20,000 nt of DNA from an uncultured virus (IMG/VR IMGVR_UViG_3300025009_000076) (lineage: Duplodnaviria > Heunggongvirae > Uroviricota > Caudoviricetes). The position numbers and the translations under genes are program-made. The notes under the pieces were generated by a model. The model worked only from the letters and a program-made list of their open reading frames with translations, was not told the origin of the DNA and searched no databases. Below are positions 1 through 7,483 of this stretch, one piece after another. The DNA lies in IMG/VR virus record IMGVR_UViG_3300025009_000076, positions 58,298 to 78,297 of that record. The stretch is one strand, 5' to 3'. Position 1 is the stretch's first letter. Each line of letters begins with the position of its first letter.

Positions 1-267
1 TATTTTAGGTTTATTAGATTCAATTCAACGCAAAATAAGGAAGTACACTTCGTAACCTACGATCACACGATTGAGCAAAATTTAATGGCCTTATTAATGG
101 CGAAAGAAAGAATTAATGAGTATATCAAAACATTAGATTTTCAAGACCAAGAGGAAATTTATGAGGAATTTGACGTAGATTTGGGCATACTCGACGCACT
201 AATAGAAAAGGGAGAAGATGAGAATGGACATGTAAAGTTGACATGGGGAGAACAAAAGATAGTATAA
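1..267 (+). CDS. 5'-truncated CDS; C-terminus of a probable SNF2-like/SF2 helicase-domain protein
   Basis: Frame +1 is open from base 1, upstream of the listed ATG at 85: YFRFIRFNSTQNKEVHFVTYDHTIEQNLMALLMAKERIN... This resembles the SNF2 motif-VI tail (R..R....K.V.V...V...TIE......L..K). Followed by a terminator. Confidence 0.5.
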   Translation, partial: YFRFIRFNSTQNKEVHFVTYDHTIEQNLMALLMAKERINEYIKTLDFQDQEEIYEEFDVDLGILDALIEKGEDENGHVKLTWGEQKIV

Positions 268-272
268 GGCAT

Positions 273-312
273 AGAGGAAATGAACTAAAATGGTTTGTTT
301 CCTCTCTTTGTT
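273..312 (+). terminator. Rho-independent terminator
   Basis: AGAGGAAATGAACT (273-286) pairs with GGTTTGTTTCCTCT (292-305), including G-U pairs, followed by CTTTGTT; lies right after the stop at 267. Confidence 0.75.
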
Positions 313-346
313 CCCTATTATAAAGTAAAAAATAATTATTTATCTA

Positions 347-375
347 TTGCAATTTGTTTAGTTTTCATATAAAAT
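347..375 (+). promoter_or_regulatory. sigmaA-type promoter
   Basis: TTGCAA (347-352), 17 bp, TAAAAT (370-375); AT-rich UP-like tract upstream. Confidence 0.65.
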
Positions 376-412
376 AAGCAATAAGAAGCAAACTAGAAGG
401 AGCGTGTAACTT

Positions 413-769
413 ATGTCTAAATTAGCAGTACATAATGATGGTGTTTGCTCAGTGGTTGACCCATTCATAACAACTAATGAAAGATGTTTAACTTTTAAGT
501 ATGCAGGAAATGACAAAGTAGAGAAAGCAAAAAATCTTTCAAACTTATTAGATCAAAACAAAATAGATTATGTTTGCTATCTTGAAACAGGGAATTATTA
601 CCCTTGTCAATTTATCCTTAGAAGAAGTGGCAGAAAGTGGAATGATATAATGAAGTTGGTTAACAGTGTTCAATCTCCAAAATACGATTATGCTAAGATT
701 GACTTCTATATAACTGACGAAGTAAAGAAAAATGTTTTAGGTAAAATTCAAGTAATTCAATATTGTTAG
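413..769 (+). CDS. hypothetical protein, 118 aa
   Basis: ORF with SD AGAAGGAG upstream. Confidence 0.85.
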   Translation: MSKLAVHNDGVCSVVDPFITTNERCLTFKYAGNDKVEKAKNLSNLLDQNKIDYVCYLETGNYYPCQFILRRSGRKWNDIMKLVNSVQSPKYDYAKIDFYITDEVKKNVLGKIQVIQYC

Positions 770-780
770 TCCAATAAACC

Positions 781-809
781 TTACATTTCCAATACTAAAA
801 TGGTATAAT
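781..809 (+). promoter_or_regulatory. extended -10 sigmaA-type promoter
   Basis: TGgTATAAT (801-809); weak -35 TTACAT 17 bp upstream. Confidence 0.55.
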
Positions 810-845
810 ATGTATAACAAAATCAACTAGAAAGAGGGAATTAAA

Positions 846-1004
846 ATGGAAATTACTTTTGAACAACTGAAGAAAACTATGCTAAATGGATTAGAAGGAG
901 AATTTAAAAGATCAATTGAAGGGATTATTGATTGCAGTGAGAAAATCGGAAAAACAGTTCCAGAAACAATGGATAAAATTACTAAGATATTATTAGGACA
1001 ATAG
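846..1004 (+). CDS. small hypothetical protein, 52 aa (below the ORF-track cutoff)
   Basis: SD GAAAGAGGG, ATG 846, MEITFEQLKKTMLNGLEGEF...KILLGQ, TAG 1002-1004. Confidence 0.8.
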   Translation: MEITFEQLKKTMLNGLEGEFKRSIEGIIDCSEKIGKTVPETMDKITKILLGQ

Positions 1005-1015
1005 GTTGATTGAAG

Positions 1016-1054
1016 GTTACACACCAATAATTCTATAACAAATTGGCGTGTGAC
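1016..1054 (+). ncRNA. AUAACA-loop intergenic hairpin A
   Basis: GTTACAC-A-CCAAT (1016-1028) / ATTGG-C-GTGTGAC (1042-1054); loop carries ATAACA (1035-1040). Confidence 0.55.
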
Positions 1055-1089
1055 ATTGAACCAAAATATTGTAGAAAGAAGGAATTATA

Positions 1090-1443
1090 ATGAATTTATC
1101 AGAAATTACTCAAGATGCTTTTCAGATAATCAAAGATTTTAAACATGGTCATGGTCGTTATTCTTTGATTGTATCAAGTGAGTCAAAATATGGAGATTTT
1201 TCAATTGAATATCGAATGTTAAATAATGAAATTAATCAAATTTTGGTATCTGAGAGAATAGCACCTAATCATAGTTCTAAATTCGTGGTTACTCCAAATA
1301 ATTTCCGTACTATCACAGAACAAGGATTCGAAGCAGACAAATTCTTTGATAAAATCATAAAGGAAATGAATTTTGATGCTGTAGAGGTTCGTTGTTTTCC
1401 AGCCGATATGGAAGAAATATATTGTCAAGAATTTAATATCTAG
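1090..1443 (+). CDS. hypothetical protein, 117 aa
   Basis: ORF with SD AGAAAGAAGGA. Confidence 0.85.
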   Translation: MNLSEITQDAFQIIKDFKHGHGRYSLIVSSESKYGDFSIEYRMLNNEINQILVSERIAPNHSSKFVVTPNNFRTITEQGFEADKFFDKIIKEMNFDAVEVRCFPADMEEIYCQEFNI

Positions 1444-1500
1444 GTTGAAATCTGAGGTATTAGTATAACAATAACGATATGATCCCTCGACTTGAGTCTA
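1441..1500 (+). ncRNA. AUAACA-loop intergenic hairpin B (imperfect)
   Basis: TAGGT/GTCTA and GAGG (1454-1457)/CCTC (1485-1488) enclose ATAACAATAACG (1465-1476). Confidence 0.4.
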
Positions 1501-1528
1501 TAAATTAATTAGAAAGAGGGAATATATT

Positions 1529-1792
1529 ATGGGTATGATTAAAGAAAATGCAATGGAATTAAAGGCTAAAATCGAGAACCGTCACACCTTCGAACCAATT
1601 AATTTAAAATGTAATGGCGGTACGTTCTATGGAAGAGGTTGCCTTAATTATGTAGATTCTGGTGATAATGTAAATGGAATTTGGTGGTTTTCTAATGGTA
1701 GTGTAGGTGGTAGTTTTGAGGCCAGTGAAGAATTTGTGCTAACCACTATCGGAATTAATTACCAAGAAATTAAGGAGTATTTTGAAGGATAA
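1529..1792 (+). CDS. hypothetical protein, 87 aa
   Basis: ORF with SD GAAAGAGGG. Confidence 0.85.
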   Translation: MGMIKENAMELKAKIENRHTFEPINLKCNGGTFYGRGCLNYVDSGDNVNGIWWFSNGSVGGSFEASEEFVLTTIGINYQEIKEYFEG

Positions 1793-1818
1793 ATCAATTA
1801 AGAAAGAAGGAATTATTT

Positions 1819-2004
1819 ATGTCTGAAATTTCAATTTGGCAATTAAACAGAACTGATAATCAAGGCAATATCATTTCAGGTTATCAAGACATTTCCAAAA
1901 ACGTAACACGCGAACAGGCAATAACAGATTATCTTTACTACTTGGAGACCTCAGAAGGGATTGAAAATCCTAAGTGTGAGTGCATTGAAATTGATTGGGA
2001 ATAA
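1819..2004 (+). CDS. acidic hypothetical protein, 61 aa
   Basis: ORF with SD AGAAAGAAGGA. Confidence 0.8.
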   Translation: MSEISIWQLNRTDNQGNIISGYQDISKNVTREQAITDYLYYLETSEGIENPKCECIEIDWE

Positions 2005-2024
2005 ATTAATTGCATATGGAGAAT

Positions 2025-2074
2025 AGGCAATAACAATAGTACCATAACAGAACCGTTATAACAGGTTGTTGCCT
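2025..2074 (+). ncRNA. AUAACAG-loop intergenic hairpin C
   Basis: AGGCAATAAC (2025-2034) / GTTGTTGCCT (2065-2074); loop has ATAACAG twice (2044, 2058). Confidence 0.6.
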
Positions 2075-2117
2075 TCCTTTCGAGGTAAAGTTGACTAAAT
2101 ATGAAGGAGTGGAAATT

Positions 2118-2279
2118 ATGGAGAAAATTGACTCTATTAATATTCATTGTAGATGGTTTGATAGCAATACAGAAAGGGAGCGTATTCAAAGATTAATACT
2201 CAAAGGTAAAGTAGAAGGGGAAATAATCCAACATAACGAAACTGGAGAAGATTATTGGGGATGGTGGAAAAGATCCTAG
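2118..2279 (+). CDS. small hypothetical protein, 53 aa
   Basis: Start moved to ATG 2118, downstream of SD AAGGAGTG. Confidence 0.75.
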   Translation: MEKIDSINIHCRWFDSNTERERIQRLILKGKVEGEIIQHNETGEDYWGWWKRS

Positions 2280-2313
2280 TAAACAATAATTTTAAATGAA
2301 AAGGAGAAAAATT

Positions 2314-2505
2314 ATGAAAAACTATTTAGTAGAATTAATACTTGAACCGAGACTACCACAAGGAAAATATATTGGGCGTAGGTATATAACTATTAAATTA
2401 CCTGCTGATAATGAAATTGACGCAGGTAATTTTGCAAAAGAATCAATAGAAGTGTTATTGATTTCTAATGTATTGGTTATAGTAAATAAAGTATTGGAAA
2501 GTTAA
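2314..2505 (+). CDS. hypothetical protein, 63 aa
   Basis: Start moved to ATG 2314, downstream of SD AAAGGAG. Confidence 0.8.
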   Translation: MKNYLVELILEPRLPQGKYIGRRYITIKLPADNEIDAGNFAKESIEVLLISNVLVIVNKVLES

Positions 2506-2526
2506 TGTCTAGGGGCATTTAAAGCC

Positions 2527-2595
2527 CTTCTGAGCGTCAATAATGCTATAACAGTCATATATATCCATAACAGCAGAGTAAGGGACGTTCAGAAG
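2527..2595 (+). ncRNA. AUAACAG-loop intergenic hairpin D
   Basis: CTTCTGAGCGTC (2527-2538) / GACGTTCAGAAG (2584-2595), one G-U pair; ATAACAG at 2548 and 2567 inside. Confidence 0.65.
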
Positions 2596-2636
2596 AGTTC
2601 TGAAGACTCTAAAAATAAATTGTTGGAGGTTATTTT

Positions 2637-2975
2637 ATGAAAATATTGCAATTTGATTATCTTCAGGCAGAATATGATGGAGAAGTGCTAAAAGATTTTC
2701 TTATCGAACAGTTACCACGCTTTATAAATTGTGAACAAATGCAAACATACATAAAATCATCCGATGGATTTTGGCAAGATGTTAGAAATGAAATAACAAA
2801 GCAAAAAAGAGTTAAAAGGTTCAGTGAATTAGAAGATTATAAATGGATATTAGATTACCTTAATTTTTTAGCTGACAGAGATTTAGCAAAGGCAATAAAC
2901 AAAGGATTGAACACAAGAAATAAAAAGTATGCGGATCTTGAAAAATTCTTTATTAAATATTCAAAGGCAGCATGA
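2637..2975 (+). CDS. hypothetical protein, 112 aa
   Basis: ORF with SD GGAGGT; ends -KAA. Confidence 0.85.
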   Translation: MKILQFDYLQAEYDGEVLKDFLIEQLPRFINCEQMQTYIKSSDGFWQDVRNEITKQKRVKRFSELEDYKWILDYLNFLADRDLAKAINKGLNTRNKKYADLEKFFIKYSKAA

Positions 2976-3015
2976 ATGTACCATTTGCTCAGGTTAACAA
3001 AAGGAGGAATAACAA

Positions 3016-3222
3016 TTGATTATTAATATTGATCCTTATCAAAATACCTTTTATTCTCGTAAAATCAATAATAATCTATACAGACATGAGGGCAGACAGA
3101 ATACAATTGAATTTGTGATTGATAGTAAAACTCCAAAGACTCAAGAAGAAATTCTCGATTTTTTAGAATCAAAGTCAATAGATTATCTATTAAATAGAGA
3201 AGGAACTATCATAGATATTTAA
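3016..3222 (+). CDS. hypothetical protein, 68 aa
   Basis: TTG start with SD AAAGGAGG. Confidence 0.8.
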   Translation: MIINIDPYQNTFYSRKINNNLYRHEGRQNTIEFVIDSKTPKTQEEILDFLESKSIDYLLNREGTIIDI

Positions 3223-3234
3223 AGAGTTTATGCT

Positions 3235-3293
3235 CTTTATCTTAAATCTATCATAACAGAAGCCCTATATAGGTTGATGGATTTAAGATAAAG
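3235..3293 (+). ncRNA. AUAACAG-loop intergenic hairpin E (19-bp stem)
   Basis: CTTTATCTTAAATCTATCA (3235-3253) / TGATGGATTTAAGATAAAG (3275-3293), one G-U pair; ATAACAG (3253-3259) at the stem-loop boundary. Confidence 0.75.
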
Positions 3294-3344
3294 GATATAA
3301 ATCTAATCATTATATCCTAAAATAAAATCAAAGGAGGTAACAAA

Positions 3345-3452
3345 ATGAGCAAATTAAAATTACTCCAAGAATTCAAAAACATTTGCGATACTCATTCTAT
3401 TCCATTCACTTTTAAGTCATTTGACATGTTTCTTACTCATATTTCTAAATAA
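3345..3452 (+). CDS. small protein, 35 aa (below the ORF-track cutoff)
   Basis: Perfect SD AAAGGAGGT; MSKLKLLQEFKNICDTHSIPFTFKSFDMFLTHISK. Confidence 0.75.
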   Translation: MSKLKLLQEFKNICDTHSIPFTFKSFDMFLTHISK

Positions 3453-3512
3453 TCTTACATATTCTATATCAACTATAAACCAAAAATAAAATTATTGAAA
3501 GAAGGTAATCAA

Positions 3513-3803
3513 ATGCAAAAACCTAAAAATATCAAAAACTTAACCCATTCTGCTTCAAAACTTAATATCTTATACTTAGGCAAAGAAATTGTTTACACAG
3601 GCACAGGACACTCCTTAAGACCTTATCGTGGAGAAATCATTAACATTGCTTATTACTCAGACCTTGAACCTGTTCCATATGCAGAAATCAAGTTAAAGAT
3701 ATGGAACAGCCGGACAGTAACTAAAATTCTTCCATTATCTGATGTTGTTTTGGTATCTTCTTTGAAGAAAACTAAAACTAAGAAATCTAAGATAGCAGCA
3801 TAA
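3513..3803 (+). CDS. basic hypothetical protein, 96 aa, possible SH3-like beta-barrel
   Basis: Start moved to ATG 3513 after AAGAAGGT; Lys-rich tail ending KSKIAA. Confidence 0.8.
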   Translation: MQKPKNIKNLTHSASKLNILYLGKEIVYTGTGHSLRPYRGEIINIAYYSDLEPVPYAEIKLKIWNSRTVTKILPLSDVVLVSSLKKTKTKKSKIAA

Positions 3804-3806
3804 TTC

Positions 3807-3894
3807 AATATCTTTTCTATGGACACTGTAAAGCGTAAAATAATTATAACAATTGATTCCCATACGTTGTACAGTGTAATTCTTAAAAGGTATT
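3807..3894 (+). ncRNA. AUAACA-loop intergenic hairpin F (long, interrupted)
   Basis: AATATCTTTT/AAAAGGTATT, ACACTGTA (3823-3830)/TACAGTGT (3870-3877) and AGCGTA/TACGTT; apical ATAACA at 3846-3851. Confidence 0.7.
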
Positions 3895-3959
3895 AGTTAA
3901 ACTCAATGCTAATATCTCAACTATTGTATAACAAAATCAAAAGGAGGACAGGAGATATC

Positions 3960-4289
3960 ATGTCAAAATTATCTAATGTAGAAATCATTGCAATTGAAGC
4001 ATCTAAAAAAGAATATATTTATAATGGTGAGAATATTTTTACTTTTGCTCAGTGGGAAAAGAGAGGATTCGGAGTTAAGAATGGGCAAAAAGCATTTATC
4101 AAGACTAGATTAATGAGTCAGGGAGAAAATCCAAGATCGATCCCAGTATCGCTTTATACCATCGAACAGGTAAAATATAACGAAGACTTATGGAATGGCA
4201 GACCTCGCAAACCACGACAAATAAAAGATGAAATTGGTTATTATCTTGTAAACAAGCAACGTACTCAGAGGGAAGTTATTATGGTATAA
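3960..4289 (+). CDS. ArdC-like ssDNA-binding-domain protein (ArdC N-terminal/DUF1738-like), 109 aa
   Basis: TFAQWEKRGFGVKNGQKA matches the TF.QW...G..V.KG.K motif of the ArdC N-terminal domain; start moved to ATG 3960 after AGGAG. Confidence 0.65.
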   Translation: MSKLSNVEIIAIEASKKEYIYNGENIFTFAQWEKRGFGVKNGQKAFIKTRLMSQGENPRSIPVSLYTIEQVKYNEDLWNGRPRKPRQIKDEIGYYLVNKQRTQREVIMV

Positions 4290-4330
4290 TCTTGTAAATG
4301 TCATAACAGCCATAACACGGACGTTCGAGA
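4290..4330 (+). ncRNA. AUAACAG-loop intergenic hairpin G
   Basis: TCTTG..AATGTC / GACGTT.CGAGA; loop ATAACAGCCATAACACG. The 3' arm is similar in sequence to hairpin D. Confidence 0.55.
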
Positions 4331-4369
4331 GGTTCAGAAGATATTTTTAAATTATTAGGAGGAATTATT

Positions 4370-4621
4370 ATGCAAAGTGGTTTACAGTCTAAAAATGAGT
4401 ATATTCTATATCGTTCTATGTATAACAATGAACTTCACAATGCTATAATGGATAAGGATGTTCAAGCGATTGAAATATTATTAGATGGATTAACAAAAGC
4501 ACATTTGAAGAATTATGATTTTAGCCTATATGATTCAAATACTTTTATTGATATTGATTATGTTTACAATGAGCATGTAAAACAAATTGAAGAATTGGAG
4601 GCATATTGTCGTGGTTTATAA
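4370..4621 (+). CDS. hypothetical protein, 83 aa
   Basis: ORF with SD AGGAGG. Confidence 0.85.
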   Translation: MQSGLQSKNEYILYRSMYNNELHNAIMDKDVQAIEILLDGLTKAHLKNYDFSLYDSNTFIDIDYVYNEHVKQIEELEAYCRGL

Positions 4622-4743
4622 ATTCAAGCAAGCAATTGTAAATGGTGATCAATATATTTATGGATTTGGATTTTATTTGAGTATTGTGAAGTGGTATAAG
4701 TAATCCCATTAATTCATTAATAACAAGAAAGGTTGTGTAGTTG

Positions 4744-4902
4744 ATGGAATTAGGTGATAAAGTTAAAATCAGAAATGGTATGCTTAGAGGAGTAATTGTC
4801 GAGATACAAAAATCCATGAAAGGTAGAAAGATATTTGTAGTTCAAATTACTAAAAATGTTAGTAATGGATATTGGGAAGAGGAATTAGAGAAAATTATTT
4901 GA
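4744..4902 (+). CDS. small KOW/SH3-like protein, 52 aa (below the ORF-track cutoff)
   Basis: SD AGAAAGG; MELGDKVKIRNGMLRGVIVEIQKSMKGRKIFVVQITKNVSNGYWEEELEKII. The GD.V.I..G...G.I.EI pattern is KOW-like. Confidence 0.7.
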   Translation: MELGDKVKIRNGMLRGVIVEIQKSMKGRKIFVVQITKNVSNGYWEEELEKII

Positions 4903-4942
4903 CCCAACGAAACTATTAATTTATACCATATTATGGATTTAG

Positions 4943-4973
4943 AAACCCTTATAACAGTAGTGTTTCAGGGTTT
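4943..4973 (+). ncRNA. AUAACAG-loop intergenic hairpin H
   Basis: AAACCCT (4943-4949) / AGGGTTT (4967-4973); ATAACAG at 4951-4957. Confidence 0.55.
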
Positions 4974-5010
4974 GACGAATTTAAAAATTAGAAGAAAGAA
5001 GGAAATTATT

Positions 5011-5322
5011 ATGAAAAAGTCAGATTTGAAAACGGGAATGAGATTTAAAACTAGAGATGGCGAATTATATTTGGTTTTAAAAGATTGTGAAACATATTTA
5101 GGAAATCACACTTGTTTTGTAAATTTTAATGGAAGAGGATTTAATTTTGATGATAATTATACCGAGGAATTAACACTTGTACAACTAAATGAAGTAGAAG
5201 AAGATGGTTATGGCGATGTCATGGAAATTTATACTACGGAAAGAGGATTTGTTAATGGTTGCACATTAGATCCTAAAGATTTAAAGTTAATTTGGAAAAG
5301 AAATGAAGCTGAATCTAAGTAG
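5011..5322 (+). CDS. phage-type hypothetical protein, 103 aa
   Basis: Start moved to ATG 5011 after AAGAAGGA; begins MKKSDLKTGMRFKTRDG and ends LKLIWKR. Confidence 0.85.
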   Translation: MKKSDLKTGMRFKTRDGELYLVLKDCETYLGNHTCFVNFNGRGFNFDDNYTEELTLVQLNEVEEDGYGDVMEIYTTERGFVNGCTLDPKDLKLIWKRNEAESK

Positions 5323-5372
5323 CACGAAAAGCAAGTTTAATTGATTTAAAACAAGAAAGGAAATGATAAATT

Positions 5373-5717
5373 ATGAAAACTATTTTAAAAGAAGGAACAG
5401 ATTTTAAATGGATTAAGGTAAAAAATAGGCATGGTTATGAATTCCCTTGTCCTAAGTTATTAGATGGGAATAAATTACTACGTATAAGTGATCCATCTTT
5501 TAATTCAGTGGTTTATCACAGAGATAATGAAAATACACTAAAATTGGTATTGATTAAAAATGGACAATATGAAGTCAATGGAAGACTATCAAACTTTTGG
5601 TATTGGTACGAATTAGATGAAAATCTTCAAATAACAGAAGAGAAAAATGGTTATGGTAATTTCTTCGAACCTTTAAAACCTTTTGATGTTAAAATTAAAT
5701 ATGAAATAAGTCAATGA
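5373..5717 (+). CDS. hypothetical protein, 114 aa
   Basis: ORF with SD GAAAGGA. Confidence 0.85.
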   Translation: MKTILKEGTDFKWIKVKNRHGYEFPCPKLLDGNKLLRISDPSFNSVVYHRDNENTLKLVLIKNGQYEVNGRLSNFWYWYELDENLQITEEKNGYGNFFEPLKPFDVKIKYEISQ

Positions 5718-5768
5718 AAGCAAAACTTAAATGTATTCTAAATCAAAAAGAGAAAGAGGTAATTAATT

Positions 5769-6074
5769 ATGGAAAATATTAATAAAGCATTAGTAGATAT
5801 TAAAAGCCAAACTGGTCTGGAAATTAAGAACGAAAGCAGAGAAGGTATTCCCTTATTCAATGTTCCAAACAGACAACCATTTAAATTTAATTTAGAAATT
5901 AGTTATAATTCAATTAGAGGACAAGGAAGTTTTGAACTGCATTTTCCATCTCTATATGTCAAAGCAAATGACGTAAGAGAATTTTCTAACCAAGTAAATT
6001 TACTAACTTTCTTGATTGAGGATTTAAACAAAGCACTTAAAAAAGATTTCAGTAATGAATGGGTATTGCAATAA
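5769..6074 (+). CDS. hypothetical protein, 101 aa
   Basis: ORF with SD AAAGAGGT. Confidence 0.85.
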   Translation: MENINKALVDIKSQTGLEIKNESREGIPLFNVPNRQPFKFNLEISYNSIRGQGSFELHFPSLYVKANDVREFSNQVNLLTFLIEDLNKALKKDFSNEWVLQ

Positions 6075-6075
6075 C

Positions 6076-6150
6076 ACTGGTCTGAGCCAGTATAAAACGC
6101 CTTAAGCTCAGAGCGTTAGCAGGGTTGATAATAATCCTGCTAGGTGGTAT
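6076..6150 (+). ncRNA. pistol self-cleaving ribozyme
   Basis: P1 ACTGG (6076-80)/CCAGT (6087-91). Its loop TCTGAG forms a pseudoknot with CTCAGA (6107-12). ATAAA linker; P2 GCC (6099-6101)/GGT (6146-48); conserved TTAAG and GCGT segments; P3 TAGCAGGGTT (6117-26)/AATCCTGCTA (6133-42); GGT junction. Same order and spacing as the pistol consensus; predicted cut G6144/U6145. Confidence 0.9.
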
Positions 6151-6172
6151 CAAAAAAGAAAGGATGATTAAA

Positions 6173-6412
6173 ATGTATTATAAAAACGAGTGGAAAATGA
6201 TTTTATTAACAGGAGCAGGGAAGGAGGAACAAGAAGAACAAATAGTTGAAGGAGAATTAGTTCAAGAAGGAAATGATATTTTATTTAAAAGCAGAGAACT
6301 TAATATTGTCTATGATAAAAATATATGGCATAAACTTAATGAAGTATCTAATGAATGGAATAAGTTTATTTATCTATATGTTGAAAAGGATAATTATAGA
6401 CAGTTCCATTAA
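6173..6412 (+). CDS. hypothetical protein, 79 aa
   Basis: Start moved to ATG 6173 after GAAAGGATGA; the listed TTG at 6125 lies inside the ribozyme. Confidence 0.8.
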   Translation: MYYKNEWKMILLTGAGKEEQEEQIVEGELVQEGNDILFKSRELNIVYDKNIWHKLNEVSNEWNKFIYLYVEKDNYRQFH

Positions 6413-6443
6413 AAAGTAAAACTTATGGGAAAAATAATTTTAT

Positions 6444-6472
6444 TTGATTTTGTTCTTAGAATACATTACAAT
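6444..6472 (+). promoter_or_regulatory. possible sigmaA promoter for the HNH gene, overlapped by an inverted repeat
   Basis: TTGATT (6444-49), 17 bp, TACAAT (6467-72); inverted repeat TAGAATACATTA (6457-68)/TGGTGTATTCTA (6476-87). Confidence 0.45.
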
Positions 6473-6579
6473 ATTTGGTGTATTCTATAGAGTGAGAACT
6501 CTAAAATTATAAAGGAGGGTAGAGAGGAAAACTTAATATAGTTAAATAATAATAAATAAAAGAGGAGAGATATTAGAAA

Positions 6580-7479
6580 TTGGCAACAATAAAACAATTG
6601 GAAGCAATAGATAGACTAAGAAAAGAAAAGTTTGCAAGAGAACATAAAATTATAAACGGAGTTGACCATAAATTTTGTAATAAACATCACATTTATTTTC
6701 CAGAAGAAGATATATGGTTTCCATCAACATTAGAATTTTTTCATAACAGCAACAAAAATAAAACGGATGGTTTGCATCCTTGGTGTAAAAGATGTGCAAG
6801 CGACAAATCTAGCATTAATTATCTAGAAAATAGAGAAAGAAGTGATTTAGCTCATAAAAAATATGAAGGGTCTGAAAAACATAAAGCATGGTCTGCTAGA
6901 AATTATCAAATGTTTAAAGATAAGCAATCACAATGGAGAAAAGATAATCCAGAAAAATGTAGGGAATATTCTAAACAACATAGAATACATGATATTACAG
7001 AGGCTGAATGGAAGAAAGAATTAGAAGTATTTAATTATGAATGTGCATATTGTGGAATCAGTGAAGAAGAAAGTATAAAAATACTAAAACAAAGACTTCA
7101 TAAAGATCATGGAGACCATCTAGGAGCAAATGATTTAAGAAATAGCATCCCTGCATGTAGAAGTTGTAATAGTAAAAAACATCAGGATGACATAGATGAT
7201 TGGTATAAGAATAGAAAATTTTATACCGAAGAAAGATATAATAAAATTATCTGGTGGCTCACAGAAGGATATAAAGATTACATAGAAGACAAACCACCGT
7301 ATAGAATAATTAGGAAACAAAATGAGGGTAGAAAAGATTTTCATTGGGAGTTATGGACTGTTGATGAAATGAGGAATATGATGGAATGTATTGATATTAA
7401 AGGTAAAAGAAAAGAAATAATAAAAGATATTGAAGGAGGTATTTTAGATGAATACTTAATGCAAGAAACGGCTAAATAA
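6580..7479 (+). CDS. HNH (beta-beta-alpha-metal) endonuclease with Zn-binding motifs, 299 aa
   Basis: CAYCG...LHKDH...NDLRNSIPACRSCNSKK (CxxC, DH, N, CxxCN). N-terminal CNKH...F....KTDGLHPWCKRC Zn-ribbon-like domain. TTG start, SD GAGGAG. Confidence 0.85.
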   Translation: MATIKQLEAIDRLRKEKFAREHKIINGVDHKFCNKHHIYFPEEDIWFPSTLEFFHNSNKNKTDGLHPWCKRCASDKSSINYLENRERSDLAHKKYEGSEKHKAWSARNYQMFKDKQSQWRKDNPEKCREYSKQHRIHDITEAEWKKELEVFNYECAYCGISEEESIKILKQRLHKDHGDHLGANDLRNSIPACRSCNSKKHQDDIDDWYKNRKFYTEERYNKIIWWLTEGYKDYIEDKPPYRIIRKQNEGRKDFHWELWTVDEMRNMMECIDIKGKRKEIIKDIEGGILDEYLMQETAK

Positions 7480-7483
7480 TAAA

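Noticed and set aside
3231..3240. TGCTCTTTA resembling E. coli boxA
   Set aside because: Single occurrence, partly buried in a stem and not shared by the other hairpins.
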